DNA of 32,000 nucleotides from Rubeoparvulum massiliense (lineage in GTDB: Bacteria; Bacillota; Bacilli; Rubeoparvulales; Rubeoparvulaceae). Below, one piece after another: positions 8,831 to 16,864 of the stretch (the stretch's first letter is position 1; each line of letters opens with the position of its first letter). The stretch is taken from positions 672,503 to 704,502 of the forward strand of contig NZ_CVPE01000006.1 in the NCBI RefSeq assembly GCF_001049895.1, given 5' to 3'. The notes beneath the pieces are model-generated. The model made no database searches. It saw only the letters and a program-made list of their open reading frames with translations, and had not been told where the DNA came from. Position numbers and translations under genes: made by a program.

Positions 8831-9859
8831 TCATGTAAAATACTCAGTCACTGCCTCAGGAAAGTAAGCTTGAATCTGTCCACGAAAAAACTCCTCTAGC
8901 TCATGTAGATCTTGTTTAGGATACATATACTTAACGCGTCCATAACGTCCCCACTTCTTCTCCCGCTCCTCTTCATTCATCTCCAGTGAGGTCCTGGGAT
9001 AGTGCTGAAGAATAATATTCTTCGCTGTCATGGTATAGCGATGGCTGATCAATTCGAAGGTGATCGGTTCCACCACCTGTGCTTGCAGCTGTTCTGCCAT
9101 TTTCTCGAACATCTCTGTATAAGCGTCACGCCATTCGGGAAAGCGGAAGATCGGGGCAATTATAAAACCCAGTGGATAACCTGCTTGCGCCACTTGATTA
9201 GCCGCAGCGATACGCTGTTCCAAGGAGGAAGTATTGGGCTCGAACTGCTTCGTAATCGTGGCAGCATTCATACTGAAGCGAAAGCGAGTATGCCCTTGAT
9301 GTTCAATCCTTAATAATGGTTCCACCCAATGATACTTCGTGACAAAGCGGAGACGGCCCAAAGGCTGCTCAGCGAAGAACTGAATAGCCTTAGCCAAGTT
9401 ACCAGTAAGATGCTCAAGACTTAAGGGATCTGAGGTACATGCCGCTTCGAAGCGCGTCACCTCTGGTGCCCGTTCGTTGATGTACTTCGCCGCTTGTTCC
9501 AAGATTTCATCGGTGTTCACATAGATCCGAAGATAGGGCTTCTTACCCATGGTGGACTGAAGATAGCAATAATGACAGTGACCCATACAGCCTGTAGCAA
9601 GAGGAAGTGCATATTCAGCTGAAGGTAAGGAGGGTTCGAATTTGAGGGTATGACGTACACCGATGACCAGCGTACGTTTTGCATTACGATACTGTTCTAA
9701 TTCTGTCTCACCTGGAATTCCTCGTACCTGGTTATGCGAGGTGGTTTTCTGAATGGGGATATTGAGCTTACGGAAGTATTGGTAGAGCTCCTTCCCTAAG
9801 GGATACTCTAAGCTGGCTGGCTCAAAGAAAACCCGGTCTGGTTGAAATGGAAGTCTCAC
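8831..9859 (-). CDS. splB: Spore photoproduct lyase (radical SAM)
   Basis: Radical-SAM CX3CX2C motif (CMGHCHYCYL). About 340 aa, colinear with SplB (N-terminal ..PF.P..V..EP..LEYPLG.EL). I prefer GTG 9859 (GGAG 8 nt upstream, giving MRLPFQPDRVFFEP) to the track start 9868. Confidence 0.92.
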   Translation of the reverse strand: MRLPFQPDRVFFEPASLEYPLGKELYQYFRKLNIPIQKTTSHNQVRGIPGETELEQYRNAKRTLVIGVRHTLKFEPSLPSAEYALPLATGCMGHCHYCYLQSTMGKKPYLRIYVNTDEILEQAAKYINERAPEVTRFEAACTSDPLSLEHLTGNLAKAIQFFAEQPLGRLRFVTKYHWVEPLLRIEHQGHTRFRFSMNAATITKQFEPNTSSLEQRIAAANQVAQAGYPLGFIIAPIFRFPEWRDAYTEMFEKMAEQLQAQVVEPITFELISHRYTMTAKNIILQHYPRTSLEMNEEEREKKWGRYGRVKYMYPKQDLHELEEFFRGQIQAYFPEAVTEYFT

Positions 9860-10057
9860 TCTATCCACTCCTTTTACCCTTTATGTTAATTGGTGATGTG
9901 CTTGTACTTCATAGTAGGATTAGGTCTTCCCCTACATCATCACCTTCATACATAATCAGCACTCCCAGATTTGGGCTAGGGATTGGGCGTTTGTCTCATG
10001 GCTAATTGGGTAAATCCCACATAAATTGATAGTGGAAATGCGAAAGGAGGGAAGGAT

Positions 10058-10156
10058 ATGTCAGCTTGTGGAGGCGGAGGTTATGGCGGAGGGTTTACTC
10101 TCATCTTGGTTCTATTCATCCTGTTAGTGATTATCGGTGCATCACTATATGCCTAA
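10058..10156 (+). CDS. YjcZ-like small sporulation membrane protein (32 aa)
   Basis: Below the track's size cut-off. ATG 10058 is preceded by GAAAGGAGGGAAGG. The product is MSACGGGGYGGGFTLILVLFILLVIIGASLYA, a Gly-rich head plus one TM helix as in the YjcZ family. A hairpin (GGGCGGCTGTATAGCTGCCC) follows. Confidence 0.6.
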   Translation: MSACGGGGYGGGFTLILVLFILLVIIGASLYA

Positions 10157-10225
10157 TGGAGCTGGATGAACATAAGGGCGGCTGTATAGCTGCCCTATTT
10201 CATTGATCCTAAAAAAGCGGTCAAA

Positions 10226-10257
10226 AAAACAGCTTCAGATGATTCTGAAGCTGTTTT
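10226..10257. terminator. Bidirectional rho-independent terminator (csp / yjcZ-like)
   Basis: AAAACAGCTTCAGA (10226-10239) pairs with TCTGAAGCTGTTTT (10244-10257). A-run and T-run flanks give a U-tail on both strands. Confidence 0.75.
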
Positions 10258-10280
10258 ATACGTTAGTATTCAAACTCGGC

Positions 10281-10481
10281 TTATAGTTTAGTTACGTTAG
10301 CAGCTTGAGGTCCGCGTTCACCTTGAACGATTTCAAAGCTTACTCGTTGGCCCTCATCCAGTGTTTTGAAGCCATCACCTTGGATTGCAGAGAAGTGTAC
10401 GAATACATCGTCCCCACCTTCAACAGCGATAAAGCCATAGCCTTTTTCTGCATTAAACCACTTAACGATACCTTCTTGCAT
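10281..10481 (-). CDS. Cold-shock protein (CspA family)
   Basis: [18 protein letters not shown]...DVFVHFSAI carries the RNP1/RNP2 motifs. The 66-aa product starts at ATG 10481 with AGGAGG 8 nt upstream. The track's 5' extension to 10508 is rejected. Confidence 0.95.
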   Translation of the reverse strand: MQEGIVKWFNAEKGYGFIAVEGGDDVFVHFSAIQGDGFKTLDEGQRVSFEIVQGERGPQAANVTKL

Positions 10482-10589
10482 TTTCAATTTCCTCCTAACG
10501 CCTTGCACGTTCGTCGTGCAAAAACCTTGAATTTACTTATCAAACAAGGTGAACTCCATACTGGATTTGAACCCTATCTGACTACGATT

Positions 10590-10618
10590 AATATACTATG
10601 TTTCATGGGAGAAGTCAA
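10590..10618 (-). promoter_or_regulatory. Sigma-A type promoter of the csp gene with a long 5' UTR
   Basis: The reverse strand reads TTGACT-17 nt-TATATT (complements of 10613-10618 and 10590-10595). It is followed by a ~100-nt leader containing the hairpin TTGCACG-acgaa-CGTGCAA, as is typical for csp leaders. Confidence 0.5.
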
Positions 10619-11046
10619 ACCCAATGTGATGCAAAGGCATGAAAAATAACCACTATTTTCTTTAGAAATATCTGGCATCATGAACCTTTTTACAACACTT
10701 TGGTTTTGTATATTATGGTTCAAAATCCAACTTTGATCATCTTGCCTTGTCTTGACTCCATCATAAGTTTTCCCCTGAAATAGCATTTCATACGTATATT
10801 AGTCCACCTAAAGATTTCCATATTGATCATCTGAATTTCTCCTAACTCAAACAATATTTTTCTTACATATCTGTTTTATTTTTACTTACGTGAAATGTAT
10901 CACTTATCAGGAATATTAACGTGTTCCTCCATTTTCGAGCATCCAGAATACTCCATATTTCTTCCTAAATAATGGTGAGTGGTAAGGATTACCAACCCTT
11001 AACCAGAAAAACTCATGTTAGAATGCTAGGCAAGGAGGAGATGTAA

Positions 11047-11552
11047 ATGAACAGCAAATTCAAAAAGATGATTCTGGTACTCGTGTTCTTTTTGGAATCC
11101 TGGCCACATTTCCAATGCCTAGTCATGCAGCTACTGCTATACAAAGCAGTAGTACTACAAATCAGCTCATACAATTTGGGCTACGTTATCTAGGAACCCC
11201 CTATGAATTTGGCTCTAATCGTTATACCACCACAACCTTCGATTGCTCTGACTTTGTTCGATACACGTATAAGCAAGTGACAGGTATTGTTTTGCCCATG
11301 GATTCTCGAAAGCAAGCCACCTATGTGAAGCAATATGGCCATGATCTTACGACAAAGTGGACAAAGCTCAAAGTAGGTGACATCATGTTCTTCACTTCAC
11401 CAACCACAGGTAAGGTGTACCATGTAGGACTTTACATGGGAAATGGTAAGGTCCTCCATACCTATTCTTTGAAAAGCGGCGGTGTCCGTATCGACAAAAT
11501 TGATGGCACATGGCTAGAACGACGCTTCTATTTTGGCGGTAGTCTCTTATAA
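11047..11552 (+). pseudogene. Secreted NlpC/P60 cell-wall peptidase, frameshifted in the signal peptide
   Basis: ATG 11047 (GGAGGAG at 11034-11040) encodes MNSKFKKMILVLVFF, then leaves the frame at the T5 run 11089-11093. The NlpC/P60 domain ORF (11115..11552, with FDCSDFV catalytic Cys and HVGLY His) continues upstream in a different frame as GILATFPMPSHAATA with no start codon. Adding one T restores a complete signal peptide ending in SHA-A. Confidence 0.75.
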
Positions 11553-11704
11553 CGATAGCGATTGACTACGACGAATACTCGTCACGAATTAGTGAAGAAG
11601 TAGGTTGATATTAAAAAAGCCTCTCACAAATACAGTGATATGCTCCCCTTGTGGTAGACAGTTGAAATAATAACACTGTTTATCATAAGGAGGAGCTTTA
11701 TTTT

Positions 11705-12580
11705 TTACTTCGCCTCCAGATACTCCTCTAGACAAATTCCTCTTTCTTTGATTTCAGCAGCTACTTCTTTCCCTACGAATCTATAATGCCAAGGCTCGTA
11801 GCCTATTCCAGTAATTTCACTTTTATCAGTAGGATAACGGAGAATAAAGCCGTATTTATAGCTGTTTTCCATAAGCCACTGTTGCTCCGATGTGTTCTCT
11901 TGTGATTGATCAAGATTTTGATTGCTTACAGCAACAATATCAACAGCCAAGCCGAGTTGATGCTCACTGGTGCCTGGTGTTGCTACCCATTTGCCAGCTT
12001 CGATGACAGCATCCTCTTCGGAATAACCTTGAGATTGATAATTCTTAACCTGATTGTTAAATAATCTGGCTTGCTTATCCATTGTGCGATATGAAGAACA
12101 AATGATTGGGGACAAGCCTGCTGCTCTGCAATCATCCATCATCTCCTGTAGATCAGGATAGATTCGCTCATCAACAGATTGACCATTTTTAAGCTGTATT
12201 AGGGTGATATCTAGATCATCGGGAATTGCGTGCCACGGATTGACCAGAACCAAATTCCACCCTTCGGAAGAGGGATTGTTATGATCACTAGTTCTTAATG
12301 TTGGTGTTTTTATCTCAGGATTTGTATTGCTCGTATTCGTATTGCTCGTATTCGTATTGCTCACATTATTATTTCCCGTATTGGTTTGCTCCAAGGTCTT
12401 TTGTTGCTCTTGCGAAGATTCTTCCTGCATCAATGTTAGTACACTTACAATCGCAATGGTACAAAACAGAATACTTATTAAAAGTAGAAGAAGGCTGCTT
12501 TTTTGTCGCCTTGCCTTATGCCCCTGTTTCGAATGCTGCTGTTGCTTTTTTACTGTTTCATTCATGTTTCGATGCCCCAT
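11705..12580 (-). CDS. M15B D-alanyl-D-alanine / LD-carboxypeptidase (VanY/LdcB family), membrane-anchored
   Basis: The C-terminal domain carries SEHQLGLAVDI and the EPWHYRFVG zinc-ligand motifs of VanY/LdcB. There is an N-terminal TM anchor (LLLLLISILFCTIAIVSVLTL) and an Asn/Ser/Thr-rich linker. The start is uncertain (ATG 12580 or 12565), because the track TTG 12616 overlaps a TATAAT-like box. Confidence 0.85.
   Translation of the reverse strand: MGHRNMNETVKKQQQHSKQGHKARRQKSSLLLLLISILFCTIAIVSVLTLMQEESSQEQQKTLEQTNTGNNNVSNTNTSNTNTSNTNPEIKTPTLRTSDHNNPSSEGWNLVLVNPWHAIPDDLDITLIQLKNGQSVDERIYPDLQEMMDDCRAAGLSPIICSSYRTMDKQARLFNNQVKNYQSQGYSEEDAVIEAGKWVATPGTSEHQLGLAVDIVAVSNQNLDQSQENTSEQQWLMENSYKYGFILRYPTDKSEITGIGYEPWHYRFVGKEVAAEIKERGICLEEYLEAK
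12324..12364. repeat. 15-bp in-frame tandem repeat (about 2.7 copies) inside the VanY-like linker
   Basis: GTATTGCTCGTATTC occurs at 12324-12338 and 12339-12353, then GTATTGCTCAC. It encodes the NTSNTNTSNTNTSN stretch. Confidence 0.85.
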
Positions 12581-12752
12581 TTTGTAAAGTCTTGTTTGTA
12601 AATCTTGTTTGATCAATTATAACATGCTAACGTGCCCCAGCGCTTTTTCTTAAAATTCGGTAAGGTGGGAGATATCCTTCACTCAGTTATGCTCATAGAA
12701 TGTATCATCGTGCATGAATTTGGATAAGGGGCATCGATAAGGAGGCATTGGG

Positions 12753-13127
12753 ATGTTACGTTTGATTTGTAAGGGGAAAATTCATCTTGGAACGGTAACA
12801 ACAGCAAAGTTAGATTATGAAGGCAGTATTGCCATTGATTCATCATTGATGGAGCGTATCAATCTCCTTCCATTTGAAATGGTGCAGGTGACCAATCTTT
12901 CCAATGCAGTACGTTGGGAAACATATGCCATTCCTGCACCAGCAGGCTCCTGTGAAATCAGTTTAAACGGCCCGCCTGCCCGTCTTTTTCAGCCCGGAGA
13001 TCGCGTAATCATTCTTAGTATGGCTTACGTAGATGAAGCCGAACTTCCAACGATTCAACCCAAGGTACTCATATTAGACGAGCAAAATCGAATCCTCGAT
13101 CAGCAAGAGCATATCATCCTTAGATAA
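12753..13127 (+). CDS. panD: Aspartate 1-decarboxylase (pyruvoyl-dependent), stand-alone paralog
   Basis: 124 aa, colinear with PanD. All catalytic and processing residues line up by my numbering: K9, H11, Y22, G24-S25 (LDYEGSIAID), R54, T57, Y58 (VRWETY), N72 (LNG). GGAGG SD lies upstream. Confidence 0.9.
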   Translation: MLRLICKGKIHLGTVTTAKLDYEGSIAIDSSLMERINLLPFEMVQVTNLSNAVRWETYAIPAPAGSCEISLNGPPARLFQPGDRVIILSMAYVDEAELPTIQPKVLILDEQNRILDQQEHIILR

Positions 13128-13143
13128 GGAGGAAACACCACCA

Positions 13144-13896
13144 TTGGCAGATGCAATGAAATGGGAAAAGCATCAAATCCTGCAACGAAATTCGCTGCTT
13201 AAAGCAGCCTTGCCACCTACCGAACTCCTCACGCATAAAAGCCTCACCCATTGGCTTAATCAATACGGAGTCGTGATGCTCAAGCCTTCAAGCGGTAGTG
13301 GCGGAGTAGGGATCATCAAAATCTCTTCATTGGGTAATGAACGGTATCAAGTCCACTATGGCCAACTCATACAAAGGTTTCGAAAGAAAAGTGAGCTAGC
13401 GAATTTTATTAAAGCAAGGACTCGCGGACGTACCTATCTGATTCAACGCTATATCCCACTGATTCAAATTGAAAATCGTCCTATGGATATCAGGGTCATG
13501 GTACAGCGCAATCTTCAAGAAATGGGTTCTTGGCATGTAACGGGCAAAGCAGTGAAGATTGCTGGAACAGGCTATGTTGTTACCAATGTCCACCGTAGCA
13601 AAGGAACAGTCCTTTCTCTGGAAGAAGCATTCCAACGCATACAATTGGAAGCTAATTTTACGATGGTCGAGATTCACCAACATTTAGATGAAATTGCACT
13701 CCAAACAGCAAAACAGCTACAAGCCTATTGCCCACGAACTCATAGTATTGGGCTAGATCTGGCTATCGATGGTGATGGGAGGGTTTGGATTATCGAGGCC
13801 AATCTTCGTCCAATGATCGGAATGTTTAAACACCTTCCTGATCAAAAAATCTATGAGCAGATCCGTCACCTTCGCTATCAGCATGAATCCAGTTGA
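13144..13896 (+). CDS. YheC/YheD-family ATP-grasp ligase
   Basis: 250 aa. LKPSSGSGGVGI, IQRYIPL, DIRVMVQ and GLDLAIDGDGRVWIIEANLRP match the ATP-grasp nucleotide/Mg-binding core of YheC/YheD-type proteins. The TTG start lies 17 nt after the panD stop, with GGAGG at 13128-13132. Confidence 0.8.
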   Translation: MADAMKWEKHQILQRNSLLKAALPPTELLTHKSLTHWLNQYGVVMLKPSSGSGGVGIIKISSLGNERYQVHYGQLIQRFRKKSELANFIKARTRGRTYLIQRYIPLIQIENRPMDIRVMVQRNLQEMGSWHVTGKAVKIAGTGYVVTNVHRSKGTVLSLEEAFQRIQLEANFTMVEIHQHLDEIALQTAKQLQAYCPRTHSIGLDLAIDGDGRVWIIEANLRPMIGMFKHLPDQKIYEQIRHLRYQHESS

Positions 13897-13961
13897 GTGC
13901 TCTCGATAGAATAATAACACCCTGAGCTCCATTGAGATGGAATAAGAAAAGGCCAATAGAA

Positions 13962-14007
13962 AGGGGCGTTTCCATCGATCAGATGAACTGATCATGGGAA
14001 CGCCCCT
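13962..14007. terminator. Long bidirectional hairpin terminator (panD operon / nrdJ)
   Basis: AGGGGCGTTTCCATCGATCAG pairs with CTGATCATGGGAACGCCCCT (near-perfect ~20-bp stem). It is followed by cttgttt on + and tttctatt on -. Confidence 0.7.
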
Positions 14008-14105
14008 CTTGTTTAACGAATTGTACATTAATTACCGTCTTTGCGATATTCCTGAGTCTCTGCGAGATTCGCGATCTTTATTATCCTTGCAATAATGACG
14101 ATGAC

Positions 14106-16604
14106 TTAGCATCTTGAATAGCCACAATTAGCGCAGTGCTTACAACCTTCTTCATTGATGAGGGATGCGGAGCCGCACTCTGGACAGAGGTCGAAGCTTT
14201 CTGGTAGGTCATCATCCAGATCTAAAAATTCATCATGCTCTGCTGGCTGGAGGGTAGCTGTCTCTTCTTCATATGCATGATTATGCCTCATCTCCTCTTC
14301 ACCGCCATGGATATGGAATTCTAACGCCTTCGCCACTGCATCAGCCACAGATTCAACACGATTAGGACCAAAGCCTACAGCGCCTGAGCCACCAATTCCC
14401 TTAAGGTGCTTAATCAGAAGATGAGACTTATTACCATTAGGCAGTTCACCAAAGCGAAGGAAGAGCGTGGAAACCCGTCCAAGGGCCTCTGCCATGGCAA
14501 ATACGTCACTACCAGCCTTTCCAACATTGACGATTACTTCAAAGGGCTTGCCTTCAACATCATTGATGGTGATATAGGCTTTCCCCAATGGCGTTACCAT
14601 CTTATAGGTAGCACCCTGGAGCACTTTAGGACGACGGCGGTACTCTTTCCCATTCTCCTCTTGCTTCACTTCCTGTTTCTTCTCATCCTTGGTATCCTTA
14701 CTGGTCAATAATACTTGTTCGTCACGGCTACCATCACGATAGATGGTTACACCCTTACAGCCGAGATCATAGGCATATTCATAGAGTGCTTTTGTTTCTT
14801 CCACGGTAAAATCAGCAGGTGCATTGGCTGTTTTACTAATGGAGGAATCCACCCAACGTTGAATCGATGCTTGGACGCGAATATGATCATCCGCAGAGAG
14901 ATCCATGGCAGTAACGAAGTAATCGGGTACCTCCTCATCAGGATGCTCATCCAGCCAATTTTTCATGATGGGCACATACTGCTTGTCCAAGCCAAGACGG
15001 CTTTGGCGGAAATATTCGAAGGCGTAGTAAGGTTCAATCCCTGTTGAAGTACCAACCATCGTCCCGGTGGAACCTGTTGGTGCTTGGGTTAACAAGGTTA
15101 CATTACGGATTCCCTTCGTACGAATGGCTTCATGCACTTCTGCATCCATCCCTTGTATGAATCCACTTTGTAAATATTTATCCACGTCAAAAGCCTTAAA
15201 AGAGCCCTTCTCTTCAGCAATCTCTGTAGAGGCAAGGTAGGCTTCCTTCGCAATGAAACCATAGAGCTTATCAAGAAACTCTAAGGATTCTGGACTTCCA
15301 TAGCGGATCTTCAATTGGATTAGCATTTCGGCAAGGCCCATACTCCCAAGACCAACACGACGCTCATTCATTTGATTCTTATAATTCTCTTCAAAATGGT
15401 AAGGGGTAGCATCGATGACATTATCCAAGAAGCGGACAGATAGGCGTACCACTTCTCCAAGCTTGTCCCACTCTACCTCGCCATCCTTGACGAATTTGGC
15501 TAAATTTATGGAAGAAAGATTGCAGACACCCCAAGCAGGTAAGCCTTGCTCTGCACAGGGATTGGTGGAGATGATGGGATTAAAATACCAGCTATTGGAC
15601 ATTTTATTGTAGTATTCAAGGAAAACAACACCAGGCTCGGCTGATTTCCAGGCTGATTCAATAATCTGATGCCAGATATGGCGGGCTTTCACGGTTTTAT
15701 AAACGACGACCTTTTTGCCTTGTTCCTTCCATTTATTGAGGTCGCCATCCCAGAGCTCATCATATTCAGGATCAGAGGTGTCGGGGAAGAGAAGATCCCA
15801 TTCCTGATCCTCCTTCACTGCTTGCATGAAGGCATCACTGATGGCAACGGAAAGGTTGGCATTGGTGATCTGTGTATTATCTTGTTTTACCCGGATGAAT
15901 TCTAGTAGATCAGGGTGCCAGTCATTCAACATCAACATCAAGGCACCGCGACGAGAGCCACCTTGCTCGATTAAACCGGTGGTATAACTAAAGAGTCCTC
16001 CCCAAGAGACTGAACCGCTTGAGGAACCATTCACACCTCGTACAAGGGAACGGCGTGGACGTAATGAGCTTAGGTTAATTCCTACACCACCGCCACGGGA
16101 CATAATCTCTGTCATTTCAGAAAGTGTGGCCATAATTCCACCACGGCTATCCTTCGGTGAAGGGATGACATAACAGTTAAAGAGTGTCAATTCATCACTA
16201 GCTCCTGCACCTGCAGCAATACGGCCGCCAGGAACCAACTTCCAATCTTCTAGCAGATAGCGGAACTTCTCGGTCCACTCTTCCTGCTTCTCTGGCTTCT
16301 CCACTGCAGCAATGGCACGAGCCAAACGATCCCACATTTGAACTGGATTGGTCTCTAATGGCTTCATACAATGCTCTTTCTTCACCTTGATCACTTCACC
16401 ACTCCGTAATTGAACATGAACAAAGCCCTCTTCTTTATCGAGAATCTCTCCAACTTCTTTCTTTGGAAATTTGGGGTCGTCCTTGGTTAAAGCAATGACC
16501 GTATCCCCTACATGTAGATTCTCTGCGTCCAAATCCTTCATGGCATAACGATCCAAAAAGATCTTTTCACTAAGACCTTCCAACTGGTACTTCGCTGCGT
16601 CCAT
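14106..16604 (-). CDS. nrdJ: Class II (adenosylcobalamin-dependent) ribonucleotide reductase
   Basis: 832 aa from ATG 16604 (GGTGGAGGTG SD). Active-site finger TNPCAEQ, a long NrdJ-type body, and a C-terminal Cys cluster (CPECGS...CKHCANCGYSRC). The track's 34-codon 5' extension is rejected. Confidence 0.93.
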   Translation of the reverse strand: MDAAKYQLEGLSEKIFLDRYAMKDLDAENLHVGDTVIALTKDDPKFPKKEVGEILDKEEGFVHVQLRSGEVIKVKKEHCMKPLETNPVQMWDRLARAIAAVEKPEKQEEWTEKFRYLLEDWKLVPGGRIAAGAGASDELTLFNCYVIPSPKDSRGGIMATLSEMTEIMSRGGGVGINLSSLRPRRSLVRGVNGSSSGSVSWGGLFSYTTGLIEQGGSRRGALMLMLNDWHPDLLEFIRVKQDNTQITNANLSVAISDAFMQAVKEDQEWDLLFPDTSDPEYDELWDGDLNKWKEQGKKVVVYKTVKARHIWHQIIESAWKSAEPGVVFLEYYNKMSNSWYFNPIISTNPCAEQGLPAWGVCNLSSINLAKFVKDGEVEWDKLGEVVRLSVRFLDNVIDATPYHFEENYKNQMNERRVGLGSMGLAEMLIQLKIRYGSPESLEFLDKLYGFIAKEAYLASTEIAEEKGSFKAFDVDKYLQSGFIQGMDAEVHEAIRTKGIRNVTLLTQAPTGSTGTMVGTSTGIEPYYAFEYFRQSRLGLDKQYVPIMKNWLDEHPDEEVPDYFVTAMDLSADDHIRVQASIQRWVDSSISKTANAPADFTVEETKALYEYAYDLGCKGVTIYRDGSRDEQVLLTSKDTKDEKKQEVKQEENGKEYRRRPKVLQGATYKMVTPLGKAYITINDVEGKPFEVIVNVGKAGSDVFAMAEALGRVSTLFLRFGELPNGNKSHLLIKHLKGIGGSGAVGFGPNRVESVADAVAKALEFHIHGGEEEMRHNHAYEEETATLQPAEHDEFLDLDDDLPESFDLCPECGSASLINEEGCKHCANCGYSRC

Positions 16605-16726
16605 CTTGACACCTCCACCAATTCTTCCAGGCAGAATAATCACTTGATGATCTCGAAAAATATCAAAATATGTACCTGGACATGCTTTTAAAGTCTTATT
16701 CACCATACCATATTTTCGTGAAAAAA

Positions 16727-16790
16727 ATCAATATATTGTGTGGTAAATTTTCTTCGTTTCTAGATATTGTTTTTGACGAGATATTGTCAA
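16727..16790 (-). promoter_or_regulatory. nrdJ promoter with three NrdR-box-like ACAATAT repeats
   Basis: Reverse-strand boxes: cACACAATATATTGat (16727-16742), aaAACAATATCTAGaa (16758-16773), ttgACAATATCTCGTc (16775-16790). The first two are offset by 31 bp, the spacing known for tandem NrdR boxes. TTGACA (complement of 16785-16790) plus TATCTA form a plausible -35/-10. Confidence 0.5.
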
Positions 16791-16843
16791 GAAACTTTCG
16801 ACCTATTTTTTTGTGAAATTAGGTCTAAGTGTACAAAGAAAAA

Positions 16844-16864
16844 AGCGCCAACTTAATTGGCGCT
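16844..16864 (-). terminator. Rho-independent terminator of the metal ABC operon
   Basis: The reverse strand reads AAAGCGCCAAttaagTTGGCGCTTTTTTCTTT. The hairpin overlaps the stop codon at 16853-16855 and is followed by a U-run. Confidence 0.75.

Noticed and set aside
10574-10786. 70-aa - strand ORF upstream of the cold-shock gene.
   Set aside because: It overlaps the predicted csp promoter and leader, has no SD, and its sequence is unprotein-like.
10800-11046. A possible riboswitch (for example c-di-AMP/ydaO type, which often precedes NlpC/P60 genes) upstream of the hydrolase gene.
   Set aside because: Only a trivial hairpin (GGTAA-gga-TTACC) is visible. I could not find the conserved ydaO core elements, so there is not enough evidence to call anything.
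12298-12612. Two overlapping + strand ORFs (104 and 86 aa) rich in Cys/Phe/Leu.
   Set aside because: They are antisense to the low-complexity and tandem-repeat N-terminal region of the VanY-like gene. Their odd composition is a mirror of that repeat.
16605-16850. The nrdJ leader might hold a cobalamin riboswitch, and the track shows a 34-codon N-terminal extension.
   Set aside because: I could not recognise the B12-box or conserved riboswitch core in the leader, and B12 riboswitches normally control B12-independent isozymes. The extension (MVNKTLKACPGTYFDIF...) has no SD, whereas ATG 16604 has GGTGGAGGTG and gives a typical NrdJ N-terminus.
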